Positions 35,882-45,661 of a stretch of DNA of 55,014 nucleotides are shown piece by piece. The translations under genes were made by a program, and so were the position numbers. This DNA is from an uncultured Eubacteriales bacterium. Lineage in GTDB: Bacteria > Bacillota > Clostridia > Oscillospirales > Acutalibacteraceae. Position 1 is the first letter of the stretch. Every line of letters begins with the position of its first letter. The DNA is taken from NCBI GenBank assembly GCA_964389495.1, contig CAYMDU010000001.1, positions 1 to 55,014 of the forward strand, written 5' to 3'. Under the pieces are notes generated by a model that worked only from the letters and a program-made list of their open reading frames with translations, was not told the origin of the DNA and did not search any database.

Positions 35882-37203
35882 TACTTTTCCATCCCTTCCC
35901 GCAACAAATCCGCCATGCCCGCCAACTGACGATCCAAGGTCTTGTTATACAACGCGGTGTACAGGCTGTCGTCCAGCCCGATTTCCGAAGTTTCCCCCGT
36001 TTGCATGTCCTTCAGCCGTGCCACACCGGTTTCCAGTTCGGTGTCGCCCACCACCACGGTGTACCGCGCACCCAACTTGTCGGCGTATTTCATTTGCGCT
36101 TTCAGGCCGCGCCCCACGGTATCGCACTCGGCAGACACACCGCCCTCGCGCAACCGATTGGCCAACACAAAGCACCGCTGTGCCGCCGCTTCTCCCAGCG
36201 ACGCAAAATACACCTCACAGCGCTCCTCGGCAACCGGCACGGCGTTTTGGGCTTTCAGCACCAGCAACAACCGTTCCAGCCCCATGGCAAACCCCAGTGC
36301 CGGCAAGTGCGGGCCGCCCAATTCTTCGCACAGCCCGTCGTAGCGGCCGCCGCCGCACAGCACCGCCTGTGCCCCCAATGAATCCGACACAAATTCAAAC
36401 ACCGTGCGCGTGTAATAATCCAGCCCGCGCACAATGTGCGGATCCAATTCAAACGCAATTTCCGCCGCTTCCAAGTAGTGCTGCACCTGCGCAAAGTGAG
36501 CGGCGCAGTCGTCGCACAAATAGTCGGTAATCACCGGCGCATCGGCCGCAACGGCTTGGCACACCGGCGATTTGCAATCCAAAATGCGCATGGGGTTTCG
36601 GCCCAGCCGGTCACGGCAGGTGTCGCACAGTTCCTCCCGGCGCGATTCAAAATACGCGGTCAGCGCCTTGTGGTATTCCGCACGGCAAGTCGGGCAACCA
36701 ATGGAATTCAGCCGCAAAGTAACCCCGGCCACACCCAACGCCTTCAACACCGCATCGGCCAACGCAATCACTTCGGCATCGGCAAGCGGCGCCGCCGCCC
36801 CGTAGCTTTCCACGCCGAATTGATGGAACTCGCGCAAACGGCCGGCCTGCGGCTTTTCGTAGCGATAGCACGAAGTGGCATAGGCCACTTTCACCGGCAA
36901 CACTTCGTTGTGCAGCCCGTGCTCCAACAGCAAGCGCATGGCGCCCGCTGTTCCTTCCGGGCGCAACGTGATGGAACGGCCGCCCTTGTCTTCAAAGGTG
37001 TACATTTCTTTTTGAACCACATCGGTGGTTTCCCCCACCGACCGTGTGAACAGTTCCGTGTGTTCAAACACCGGCGTGCGAATTTCACGAAATCCGTAAT
37101 CCCGCGCAACGCTCAACGCCGTGCGTTCCATGTGCTGCCACGCAGCGCTTTCCGCCGGCAACACATCCTGTGTGCCGCGAATGGCTTTGGTTATGAGTGC
37201 CAT
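35881..37203 (-). CDS. hisS: Histidine--tRNA ligase
   Basis: AIRGTQDVLP, RYEKPQAGRLREFHQ and GGGRYDGL are HisRS signatures. The stop overlaps the aspS ATG (TAATG). Confidence 0.93.
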   Translation of the reverse strand: MALITKAIRGTQDVLPAESAAWQHMERTALSVARDYGFREIRTPVFEHTELFTRSVGETTDVVQKEMYTFEDKGGRSITLRPEGTAGAMRLLLEHGLHNEVLPVKVAYATSCYRYEKPQAGRLREFHQFGVESYGAAAPLADAEVIALADAVLKALGVAGVTLRLNSIGCPTCRAEYHKALTAYFESRREELCDTCRDRLGRNPMRILDCKSPVCQAVAADAPVITDYLCDDCAAHFAQVQHYLEAAEIAFELDPHIVRGLDYYTRTVFEFVSDSLGAQAVLCGGGRYDGLCEELGGPHLPALGFAMGLERLLLVLKAQNAVPVAEERCEVYFASLGEAAAQRCFVLANRLREGGVSAECDTVGRGLKAQMKYADKLGARYTVVVGDTELETGVARLKDMQTGETSEIGLDDSLYTALYNKTLDRQLAGMADLLREGMEK

Positions 37204-37222
37204 GATGTTATCTTCTTTCTGT

Positions 37223-37633
37223 TTAAAATACCACGCCGGGATTGACAATGGTGCGCCAATCCAAATCGCCGCGCTCCAAGCCGTGAATCAGCACTTCGGC
37301 GGTGGCAATGTTGGTAGCAACCGGAATGTTGCGCGTGTCGCACAAGCGAAGCAAATCCCCTTCGTTCGGCACGCTGCTTTTGGCTGCCTGCGGGTCACGG
37401 AACAACAGCAGCATATCAATCTCATCGCAGGAAATACGCGCCGAAATTTGTTGGCTGCCGCCCTGCTCACCGCTCAAATAGCGCGTGATTTGCAAGCCGG
37501 TCGCTTCGGCAACCAGCCGGCCGGTTGTCCCTGTTGCGCAGAGATTGTGACGGCTGAGGATGCCGCAATAGGCAATGCAAAATTGCACCATCAGTTCCTT
37601 TTTGGCGTCGTGTGCGATCAATGCGATATTCAT
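37223..37633 (-). CDS. mgsA: Methylglyoxal synthase
   Basis: MNIALIAHDAKKELM, ATGTTG, and DPQ......D...L.RLCD..NIP.ATN. Confidence 0.9.
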   Translation of the reverse strand: MNIALIAHDAKKELMVQFCIAYCGILSRHNLCATGTTGRLVAEATGLQITRYLSGEQGGSQQISARISCDEIDMLLLFRDPQAAKSSVPNEGDLLRLCDTRNIPVATNIATAEVLIHGLERGDLDWRTIVNPGVVF

Positions 37634-37747
37634 ACTATCCTTCCTTTCTTTTCCCCTTAGCCACAACCGCCAAGCCCAAGCCCGCCCTAACGGCCTGCTT
37701 CGGCATTGTACGGTTGGAATTCACTTACCAATCTTTCCGGCGGGCCG

Positions 37748-38482
37748 TTACAGCTTGTGCAACGGTGCCAGCGGAATGTCCTCTCCCAAATACCGCGCCG
37801 CAATGTTGGCAAAGCACTGGGCGGCGGGACATTCGGTCGGCAGCGGTTTGCCATAGGCATTGGCCACAGCCACCGCTTCGTCCTCCGGCAACACGCCAAT
37901 CAGTTGCAAACTGGCGGTATCAATCAATTCGTCAATATCCGGCATCTTCCCGCGCAAAATCGGCACCGGCCGCAAGCGGTTAATAATCAACCGGGCGGGA
38001 ATGTTCCTCTCGCGCAGCAAGCGCGCCAAAATCTGGGCGTCACGCGCGCACACCATGTCGGGTGTGGACACCACAAACGCGCGGTCGGCACCGGCCACAG
38101 CAGCTTCAAATCCGCTTCCGATACCGGCCGGGCAATCAATAATAATCTCGTCGTAATACCGGGTGAGTCCGCGGCACAGCCGCGCCATATCGCCGGGTTG
38201 CGCCAGGCGTTCCAAACTAACCGGCGCCGGCATCACAAACACATTGGGGCAAATGGGCGACGGATACACCGCTTCGGCCGGCGAGCAGTCGCCGCCGATC
38301 ACATCGGCCACATCGTACACCGCCGAACCGGCCACGCCGAGCATCACATCTAAACTGCGCAATCCCGCATCGCCGTCCACCAGCAACACGCGGCGGTCGC
38401 GGCGCGCCAAGGCACAGCCGAGACCGGCCGACACCGTGGATTTCCCGGCGCCGCCCTTGCCGGAAGTAATAACCGAGATCAC
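37748..38482 (-). CDS. MinD/ParA-family P-loop ATPase (no minC or minE nearby)
   Basis: ITSGKGGAGKSTVSAGLG is a deviant Walker A and VLLVDGD follows. The GTG at 38482 follows AAGGGGG at 7 nt. Confidence 0.75.
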   Translation of the reverse strand: MISVITSGKGGAGKSTVSAGLGCALARRDRRVLLVDGDAGLRSLDVMLGVAGSAVYDVADVIGGDCSPAEAVYPSPICPNVFVMPAPVSLERLAQPGDMARLCRGLTRYYDEIIIDCPAGIGSGFEAAVAGADRAFVVSTPDMVCARDAQILARLLRERNIPARLIINRLRPVPILRGKMPDIDELIDTASLQLIGVLPEDEAVAVANAYGKPLPTECPAAQCFANIAARYLGEDIPLAPLHKL

Positions 38483-38575
38483 GCAAACGCCCCCTTGTCT
38501 TGCTTGCCTGCTTTGCCCGGCGGTGCGCTGCCGGCGCACCGCCGGGTTGCACCGGCTTTTTTGCTATGCCAATTC

Positions 38576-38604
38576 AGTATATCACATTTTTGCCATGTTG
38601 TAAA
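38576..38604 (-). promoter_or_regulatory. Sigma-A type promoter for the MinD/ParA-like gene
   Basis: Minus strand reads TTTACA, 17 nt, TATACT, with a TGTG -16 element. Confidence 0.5.
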
Positions 38605-38636
38605 TCCTTTATTTTCGGTTTTTAAGGGACAACCTC

Positions 38637-38664
38637 TTGCAATTTCGGGAAAATTTGGTATACT
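38637..38664 (+). promoter_or_regulatory. Sigma-A type promoter for pheST
   Basis: TTGCAA, 16 nt, TATACT, with TG at -15/-14. It leaves a GC-rich leader of about 117 nt. Confidence 0.55.
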
Positions 38665-38788
38665 AAGGTATAAGTAGATAACGGCCTGTCGGTTCGGTCG
38701 GTTTTGCTGTTGCGGTTGCCCGTGCCTGCGGCGCATCGCAAGCAGCCCGTTGCCCGTCGGCAGGCGTGTACCCGAAGGGAGTAACAAC

Positions 38789-39820
38789 ATGAAAGAACAA
38801 CTACAAGCCCTGCGCACCCGTGCCTTCGGCGAATTAAACGAATTGGTCGATTTGCGCGCACTGGAAGAACTGCGTGTGCGGCTTCTCGGCAAAAAAGGCG
38901 AACTCACCGCCCTGCTGCGCGGCATGGGTGCCGTGCCCGCCGAAGAACGCCCCGCCATGGGCCAGCTCATCAACAGCCTGCGTGCCGAATTGGAAGCCGC
39001 CCTGGCCGCGCGCGAAAGCGATATTGCCCTGCGCCTGAAAAACCAACGCTTGCAGGCAGAAACCGTCGATGTCACCCTGCCCGGCAAAGCCGCCGCCACC
39101 GGCGGCCTGCACCCCCTGAGCATCGTGCTGGAAGACCTCATCGACATTTTCCGCTCCATGGGCTTCGATGTGGTCGATGGCCCCGAAGTGGAAACCGAAC
39201 ACTACTGCTTCGAAGCACTCAATGTCCCCAAAGACCACCCGGCCCGCGACATGCAAGACACCTTCTATCTGGCCGACGATTTGCTGCTTCGCACGCAAAC
39301 CTCCGCCGCCCAGATTCGCACCATGGAAACACGCCGCCCGCCCATTCGCATCATCTGCCCCGGTCGCGTGTTCCGTGCCGACGAAGTCGACGCCACCCAC
39401 TCCCCCGTGTTCCATCAGGTGGAAGGCCTGGTGGTCGATCGCGGCATCACCCTGTGCGACCTCAAAGGCGTGTTGGAACAATTCGCCCACGAAATCTACG
39501 GGCCGGACACGCAGGTTCGCTTCCGCCCCTCGTTCTTCCCGTTCACCGAACCGAGCGTGGAAGTCGATGTTTCCTGTTCCGCCTGCGGCGGCACCGGTTG
39601 CCGCGTGTGCAAGGGCGCCGGTTGGATTGAAATTTTGGGTGCCGGCATGGTTCATCCGCGCGTGCTGGCCGGTTGCGGCATCGACCCCAACGAATATTCC
39701 GGCTTTGCGTTCGGCATCGGGCTGGATCGTCTCACCACCACGCGCTACAAAATCAGCGACATTCGTCTGCTGTTCGAAAACGACCAACGCTTCTTAACAC
39801 AGTTCACGGGAGGAAAATAA
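38789..39820 (+). CDS. pheS: Phenylalanine--tRNA ligase alpha subunit
   Basis: [23 protein letters not shown] and [10 protein letters not shown]. Confidence 0.95.
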   Translation: MKEQLQALRTRAFGELNELVDLRALEELRVRLLGKKGELTALLRGMGAVPAEERPAMGQLINSLRAELEAALAARESDIALRLKNQRLQAETVDVTLPGKAAATGGLHPLSIVLEDLIDIFRSMGFDVVDGPEVETEHYCFEALNVPKDHPARDMQDTFYLADDLLLRTQTSAAQIRTMETRRPPIRIICPGRVFRADEVDATHSPVFHQVEGLVVDRGITLCDLKGVLEQFAHEIYGPDTQVRFRPSFFPFTEPSVEVDVSCSACGGTGCRVCKGAGWIEILGAGMVHPRVLAGCGIDPNEYSGFAFGIGLDRLTTTRYKISDIRLLFENDQRFLTQFTGGK

Positions 39821-39821
39821 C

Positions 39822-42215
39822 ATGAAAGTGTCACTAAATTGGTTAAAACGCTATGTTGACATTCCCGTGTCCGTAAGCGAGCTGTGCAACACCATGACCA
39901 TGAGCGGCTTCGAAGTAGATGGCGTGGAAGACCTGTCCGCCACCATGCACAATGTGGTTGCCGCGCGTATTCTCAAATTGGAAAAGCACCCGGATGCCGA
40001 CCGCCTGCAAATCTGCACCATGGATGTCGGTCAGGCCGACCCGATTCAAATCATCACCGGCGCCACCAATGTGTTCGAAGGCGCTTTGGTACCCGCCGCC
40101 CTGCACGAATCGCTTTTGCCGAACGGCACCAAAATCCGTCGCGGCAAATTGCGCGGCCTGCCGTCCGAAGGCATGCTGTGCTCCGGCGAAGAACTGTGCC
40201 TGAAAGAAGCCGACTATCCCGGCGCCGAAGTCAACGGCATTTTGATTTTGCACGACGATGTCGCCCCCGGCACCGACATGCGCAACCTTTTGCATCTGAA
40301 CGACATCATCATTGATTTCAGCATCACCTCCAACCGCCCCGATTGCCAAAGCATGCTGGGCATGGCGCGCGAAGTGTCCGTGGCACTGAACACGCCCTTG
40401 CACCTGCCGGAACCCCACTACACAGCCGCGGGCGGGGATATTCACGAGCACATTCGCATCACCGTGGAAGACAGCGACCTTTGTCCGCGCTACATGGGGC
40501 GCATTGTTCGCAATTTGCGCATTGCCCCCTCTCCCGCGTGGATGCAGGAATGTCTCCGCGGCGCCGGCATGCGCCCCATCAACAACATTGTCGATATCAC
40601 CAATTTTGTCATGTTGGAAACCGGCCAGCCGATGCATGCCTTCGACTTGCGCGACATTCGCGGCAACCAAATCGTGGTGCGCCGTGCCCGTCAGGGCGAA
40701 CACATCACCACGCTGGACGGAAAGGACCACGCTCTCACCGAAGACATGCTGGTGATTGCCGACGCCGAAGCTCCCTCCTGCCTGGCCGGCATCATGGGTG
40801 GCCTCAACAGCGAAATCAAACCCGACACCACCGATCTGCTGTTTGAATGTGCCAAATTTCGCCGCGACAATGTGCGCCGCACCGGCCGCACGCTGGGCAT
40901 TCGCACCGAATCCTCCGCCCGCTACGAAAAGGGCGTCGATATTCACGGCATTCAATACGCCATGGACCGTGCCTTGCAGCTCATTCACGAACTGGATGCC
41001 GGCGATATTGTCAGCGGCACCGTCGATTGCTGCAACGAACTGCCCGCCCCCCGCGAGCTCACCGTAGACCCGGCCGATATCAACGCCCTTCTCGGCGTGG
41101 AAGTCCCCACCGATATCATGGTCGACATTCTCTGCCGTTTGGGCCTGAACGCCACACAAAACGGTCACCGGCTCACCTGCCTCATTCCCTCCCGCCGCGA
41201 CGACATCGAGGGCCGCGCCGATTTGGCCGAAGAAGTGGTGCGCATCTACGGCTACGACCACATCGTTTCCACCCCCATGCAGGGCACCGTCATGCGCGGT
41301 ACCCTGCTGCCCGAACGCAAGTTCCAAAACCAAATCAAAGCCACCTTGGCGGCACAGGGCCTGCATGAAATCTCCACCTATTCCTTCATCAGCGCCAAAG
41401 CAGCCGATACCTTGTCCCTGCCGGCAACCGATTCCCGCCGGCAAGCTGTGCCGCTCATCAACCCGCTGGGCGAAGAATACGCGGTGCTGCGCACCCAGCT
41501 GACCACCAGCATGCTCACCGTGCTGGCCACCAACTACAACCGCAAAAACGCCGCGGTGCGTTTCTTTGAAATCGGCAAGCAGTTCCTGCCTCATGCGCTT
41601 CCGCTCACCGAACAGCCCAGCGAAGTGCCCGCTCTGGCCATCGGGCTCTACGGCGACAGCGAAGACTATTTCACCCTCAAAGGCATTGTCGAATCCCTGC
41701 TTGCCGCGTTTGGCGTGAATGCCGCTTTCGAACGCTCGGCCGAACCTCACCTGCATCCGGGCCGTCAGGCCGCGCTTCTCATCGGCGGCGAACCGGTCGG
41801 CACGCTGGGCGAAGTCCATCCCGACACCGCCGCCGCCTACGAAATCGGCGTGCGCGCCTATGTGGCCGAACTGCGGCTTTCCGCCCTGTTTGCCGCCGCC
41901 GAAACCCGCGTGCTTCGCTATCGGCCGTTGCCGCGCTTCCCCGCCGTGGAACGCGACTTGGCCTTGCTGTGCGCCGAAGACCTGCCCGCCGCCGAAATCG
42001 AAGCCACCATTCGCGCCGCCGGCGGCAAACTGCTGGAATCGGTGTCTCTGTTCGATGTCTACCAAGGCAGCCAAATCGCCGCCGGGCAAAAAAGCGTGGC
42101 ATACAGCCTCACCTTCCGCTCGGCCGAAGGCACCCTGTCCGACGCCGAAATCGACCCGGCCATGCAAAAAATCATGCGCCGCCTCACCGAAAAAGGTTGC
42201 TCCTTGCGGCAATAA
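39822..42215 (+). CDS. pheT: Phenylalanine--tRNA ligase beta subunit
   Basis: MKVSLNWLKRYVD, then tRNA-binding, B3/4, B5 and FDX-ACB domains. Starts 1 nt after the pheS stop. Confidence 0.95.
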   Translation: MKVSLNWLKRYVDIPVSVSELCNTMTMSGFEVDGVEDLSATMHNVVAARILKLEKHPDADRLQICTMDVGQADPIQIITGATNVFEGALVPAALHESLLPNGTKIRRGKLRGLPSEGMLCSGEELCLKEADYPGAEVNGILILHDDVAPGTDMRNLLHLNDIIIDFSITSNRPDCQSMLGMAREVSVALNTPLHLPEPHYTAAGGDIHEHIRITVEDSDLCPRYMGRIVRNLRIAPSPAWMQECLRGAGMRPINNIVDITNFVMLETGQPMHAFDLRDIRGNQIVVRRARQGEHITTLDGKDHALTEDMLVIADAEAPSCLAGIMGGLNSEIKPDTTDLLFECAKFRRDNVRRTGRTLGIRTESSARYEKGVDIHGIQYAMDRALQLIHELDAGDIVSGTVDCCNELPAPRELTVDPADINALLGVEVPTDIMVDILCRLGLNATQNGHRLTCLIPSRRDDIEGRADLAEEVVRIYGYDHIVSTPMQGTVMRGTLLPERKFQNQIKATLAAQGLHEISTYSFISAKAADTLSLPATDSRRQAVPLINPLGEEYAVLRTQLTTSMLTVLATNYNRKNAAVRFFEIGKQFLPHALPLTEQPSEVPALAIGLYGDSEDYFTLKGIVESLLAAFGVNAAFERSAEPHLHPGRQAALLIGGEPVGTLGEVHPDTAAAYEIGVRAYVAELRLSALFAAAETRVLRYRPLPRFPAVERDLALLCAEDLPAAEIEATIRAAGGKLLESVSLFDVYQGSQIAAGQKSVAYSLTFRSAEGTLSDAEIDPAMQKIMRRLTEKGCSLRQ

Positions 42216-42304
42216 CCGGGAACTTTGGCAGCGCCCCTTGCTTTTTTCAAAAAAACCATGTATACTATACCATGTAATCGTAATCCCGATAGGAGGTATC
42301 CACC

Positions 42305-42550
42305 ATGCTCGATAAAACCATGACCTTTTCTCTCAACGGCGACAAAGACCAAGAAATGAAACAAATCCTCAGCGCCGTATACAACGCCCTCAAAGAAAAG
42401 GGCTACAACCCCATCAACCAAATCGTGGGATACATCCTGTCCGAAGATCCCACCTACATCACCACCCATAACAACGCCCGCAGTCTGGTTCGCAAGGTCG
42501 ATCGCGACGAACTGCTGCGCGCCATGGTTCGCACCTATTTAAACGACTAA
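42305..42550 (+). CDS. IreB-family regulatory phosphoprotein (UPF0297/YrzL)
   Basis: LSAVYNALKEKGYNPINQIVGYILSEDPTYITTHNNARSL is the hallmark UPF0297 core. Confidence 0.85.
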   Translation: MLDKTMTFSLNGDKDQEMKQILSAVYNALKEKGYNPINQIVGYILSEDPTYITTHNNARSLVRKVDRDELLRAMVRTYLND

Positions 42551-42562
42551 GGAGTTTTGAGA

Positions 42563-42859
42563 ATGGCTGAAACAAAAGAAACCCTGCTAACCTACAAAGG
42601 GCGTCCCCTGGTTCGCAGCGGCAACACCCTATACTACGGCGACATGGCTGAAAAATGCGTCATCGTGTTGCAGGTTCTCACCACCAAAACGGTGGGCGAC
42701 CTCACCGTGGCCGACAAAGTGCAGGTGCAGCTCTTGCTCACCGATCCCGAAATCCGCATCAAAGACCGCCTGCTCAAAAAAAGCGAAAAGGTCGGCCTGT
42801 ACAACGCCATGGATATCGGCAGCATCTGGCTGGAACGCGCACTCAACGAACAGGCATAA
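42563..42859 (+). CDS. Hypothetical protein (98 aa), no family recognised
   Basis: AAGGAG SD 8 nt upstream of the ATG. Codon usage matches its neighbours. Followed by a terminator. Confidence 0.6.
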   Translation: MAETKETLLTYKGRPLVRSGNTLYYGDMAEKCVIVLQVLTTKTVGDLTVADKVQVQLLLTDPEIRIKDRLLKKSEKVGLYNAMDIGSIWLERALNEQA

Positions 42860-42872
42860 CAAAGCATAACAA

Positions 42873-42912
42873 ACACGCCCGGCAGGCCAATACCTGTCGG
42901 GCGTGTTCTTTG
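42873..42912 (+). terminator. Rho-independent terminator
   Basis: ACACGCCCGGCAGG CCAATA CCTGTCGGGCGTGT followed by TCTTTGT. Confidence 0.75.
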
Positions 42913-43115
42913 TCGTCCTTCGTTGAAACGGAATGGTCGTTTAAGCCTTCGTCAAATAGACTCGGCTTGGCAGAGGCCGGGCTTTCCCGTTTGGCAAAAC
43001 CACGCTTCCGCATACGCCGCTTTATCATATCGCCGGCGTCTTCCCCGCCGACACAGGCGGTTTTTGCGTACGGCTTGCCGAATGTTTCAATCGATTGGCA
43101 AACCGTCCTCGCACA

Positions 43116-43610
43116 TTAGTCATCCAAAAGATCCAACAAATTTCGCATGCCTTTCTCCGTAAGAGGATAGAAAGCCAAACAATCCACGAATTCCCATTTT
43201 CCCACTTGCTTCGCGCTCACCGTCATAACAGCGTATTTCAGCGTGCAAGTTATCTCGCCTTCATTTCCGTCGAGGATAAGGTTTACTGTCATCTCATCAT
43301 CACCGGATGTGTATGTAGCATCGGTAATGCTTTCGCGCTCTTCCCCGTTGTAGTATTCGATTCTATCCGTCATATATCCGTTCTCATCATAGGTATACGT
43401 ATAACGGTAGGAGCCGTAACTCGAGGATTCCTCTCTTTCCGTTTTGTTCCCGTTGGCATCATAGGTGTACATGTACCGCACAATTTCTTCACCGTCTTCG
43501 CCGACGCTTATCAATTCGGTAGGCAAATACACCGTTATGCGGTCGTCCTTTTCACCCGTAATCAAAGCACCGAGATCGAAATCGCCGTTGCAGGCGGTAA
43601 AGCAGAGGTT
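43116..43610 (-). pseudogene. 5'-truncated YD-repeat lipoprotein fragment
   Basis: The frame opens just after a TAA at 43611-43613, with NLCFTAC as the tail of a lipoprotein signal peptide and no ATG. YD-like repeats are YTYDANGN and YTYDENGY. AT-rich relative to the flanks. Confidence 0.55.
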
Positions 43611-43890
43611 TTACGGATTTCACCTTTAACTCCTGCCAACCGAGAAACGAAAACAAGGCGTTCAGTGATGCCAGCATGGAATTGATACTTCGCACGGCAT
43701 ACCGTTCTTCCGCCAATTTGTGTTTATAGGCAATAACCGTTTCTTTGGTAATCCCGTCGTCACCGACAAAAGACGCAAAAGCGTTTACATCGCGAAGATA
43801 CTTATCGCAGGTGTTTTTGCTTTTTTCTTCGCGTTGGAGATGGGTGACAAAACCGAGTATTTGCCGCCGCGTCAGCATTCGTTGATTCAT
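43552..43890 (-). pseudogene. Truncated tyrosine recombinase/integrase (N-terminal SAM-like domain only), running out of frame into the lipoprotein fragment
   Basis: MNQRMLTRRQILGFVTHLQREEKSKNTCDKYLRDVNAFASFVGDDGITKETVIAYKHKLAEERYAVRSINSMLASLNALFSFLGW is a typical integrase core-binding domain. The catalytic domain is absent. Confidence 0.65.
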
Positions 43891-44001
43891 GGTGTCTCCC
43901 CCGTTCGGTTTTCTTTTATTATAACCGAAAAAGGGAAGCAAGTATAATAAACGCCCCGTGCGAAAAGCAGATTTCTCTGCCTCCCGCACAGGGCTGTCTT
44001 T

Positions 44002-44214
44002 TTATATCACGGAAAACCCGGCGATTCCCAGTGCCGCCGTCATCTCCGAGACGGTAACTTTATCGGGATAAAACAGCACATTGGCCGCATCCTGCCGCAC
44101 CGACACCGACCGCACCCCCGGCACACGCCGCAACACCTGCGCCGCCGCGCGGCGCGTGGCCGCATCGTGTACACCGTCCAGTTTCATCGTGATGGATTCC
44201 GCTTTGGCAAACAT
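44002..44214 (-). CDS. HMA (heavy-metal-associated) fold-like small protein lacking the CxxC metal site
   Basis: Ferredoxin-like pattern: ITMKLDGVHDAATRRAAAQVLRRVPGVRSVSV....ANV.....VTVSEMTAALGIAGF. The usual GMTCxxC position reads GVHDAAT. GGAGG SD. Confidence 0.55.
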   Translation of the reverse strand: MFAKAESITMKLDGVHDAATRRAAAQVLRRVPGVRSVSVRQDAANVLFYPDKVTVSEMTAALGIAGFSVI

Positions 44215-44263
44215 ACACCCGCCTCCTGTCGGCAGATAGTATGCCCCCCTCGGCGGCAATTAT

Positions 44264-45661
44264 TCACGCACGGTGCCACTTCATGCCTTGCGGCGTGTCC
44301 TCCACAATCACACCCATGCCTTTCAGCTCGTCGCGAAGGCGGTCGGATTCCGCCCAGTTTTTCTCGGCCCGCGCCTGCGTGCGCGCCGCAATCAGTTCTT
44401 CCACGCGGCCGTCGTCCTCGCCGCTGCCCGCACGGCTGTACAACAACCCCAGCACCTCGGCCAGCTCGTTAAACATCGCCAGCGCCGCTTCGCAGCTGCC
44501 GGCCGTGGCCTGCCCGTCGGCAATCATGCGGTTGCAATCCTTGGCCAGTTCAAACAACGCGGCAATCGCATCGGCCGTGTTCAAATCGTCGTCCATCGCC
44601 TGCGCAAACTGATCCCGCCGCTTGGCGCAAAACGCCGTCACCGCGGCATCGGCCTCGCCGGCCGGCGCGTGCTGCAACGCAAATTCCAACCCGTGGCGGC
44701 AGTTATACAGCCGGTCAAGCGCCGCCGTGGCCTGTTCAATGCTTTCGTCGTTGTAATTGATGGGGCTGCGATACGACGACGAAATCAGGAAAAAGCGAAT
44801 CGGCTCATAGCCGTATTTTTCCGCCACATCCCGCACCGTGAAGAAATTGCCCAGCGATTTCGACATCTTCTTGTTGTCCACATTGATATACCCGTTGTGC
44901 ATCCAGTAACGCGCAAACGGCACCCCGTTGCAGCACTCGCTTTGCGCCACTTCGTTTTCGTGGTGCGGAAAAATCAAATCCTGCCCGCCGCAGTGAATAT
45001 CAATCGATTTTCCCAAATACCGCCGCGCCATCGCCGAACATTCAATATGCCAGCCGGGCCGCCCCGCACTCCACGGCGACTCCCAGGCCGGCTCGCCGGG
45101 CTTGGCCGCCTTCCACAGCGCAAAGTCCAGCGCATCTTCCTTTTCCTCGCCAATCCCAATGCGGGCACCCGATTCCAAATCGTCAATCGGCTGGTGCGAC
45201 AGCTTGCCATACTCCGCATCGCGGCGCGTGCGGAAATACACATCGCCGTTGGCGGCACGGTAGGCATAGCCTTTGTCTTCCAGCGTTTTCACAATATCAA
45301 TAATCTCATCCATGTTTTCCGTTGCCCGCGGATGCACCGTGGCCTCACGCACCCCCAGCCCCGCGGCATCCACCTTAAACTCGGTAATATACCGCTCCGA
45401 AACGGTTTTGTAGTCGGTGCCTTCTTCGTTGGCACGGCGGATAATCTTGTCGTCAATATCGGTGAAATTCTGCACAAAGCGCACCGTCCACCCGCGCCAC
45501 TCCAAATAGCGGCGCAACACATCAAACACACACAGCGGCCGCGCATTGCCGATGTGAATGTAGTTATACACCGTCGGCCCGCACGCATAAATGCGCACCA
45601 CACCCGGTTCCAGTGTTGTCAGTTCTTCCTTTTCACGCGCCATGGTATTGTAAATCTTCAT
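44264..45661 (-). CDS. cysS: Cysteine--tRNA ligase
   Basis: YACGPTVYNYIHIGNAR (HIGH) and KMSKSLGN (KMSKS). Confidence 0.95.
   Translation of the reverse strand: MKIYNTMAREKEELTTLEPGVVRIYACGPTVYNYIHIGNARPLCVFDVLRRYLEWRGWTVRFVQNFTDIDDKIIRRANEEGTDYKTVSERYITEFKVDAAGLGVREATVHPRATENMDEIIDIVKTLEDKGYAYRAANGDVYFRTRRDAEYGKLSHQPIDDLESGARIGIGEEKEDALDFALWKAAKPGEPAWESPWSAGRPGWHIECSAMARRYLGKSIDIHCGGQDLIFPHHENEVAQSECCNGVPFARYWMHNGYINVDNKKMSKSLGNFFTVRDVAEKYGYEPIRFFLISSSYRSPINYNDESIEQATAALDRLYNCRHGLEFALQHAPAGEADAAVTAFCAKRRDQFAQAMDDDLNTADAIAALFELAKDCNRMIADGQATAGSCEAALAMFNELAEVLGLLYSRAGSGEDDGRVEELIAARTQARAEKNWAESDRLRDELKGMGVIVEDTPQGMKWHRA

Noticed and set aside
38540-38788. T-box leader upstream of pheS.
   Set aside because: The leader is only about 117 nt after the promoter. 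It has no AGAGA bulge, no UGGNACC core and no terminator U-tract. It is kept as an unexplained structured leader instead.
39843-42212. 789-aa ORF antisense to pheT.
   Set aside because: Gly/Ala/His/Val-rich string mirroring pheT codons, with no start context.
42913-43115. Open frame on the minus strand downstream of the YD-repeat fragment (..VCQSIETFGKPYAKTACVGGEDAGD..).
   Set aside because: No start codon or SD, no recognisable motif, and short. At most it is more debris of the degraded element.
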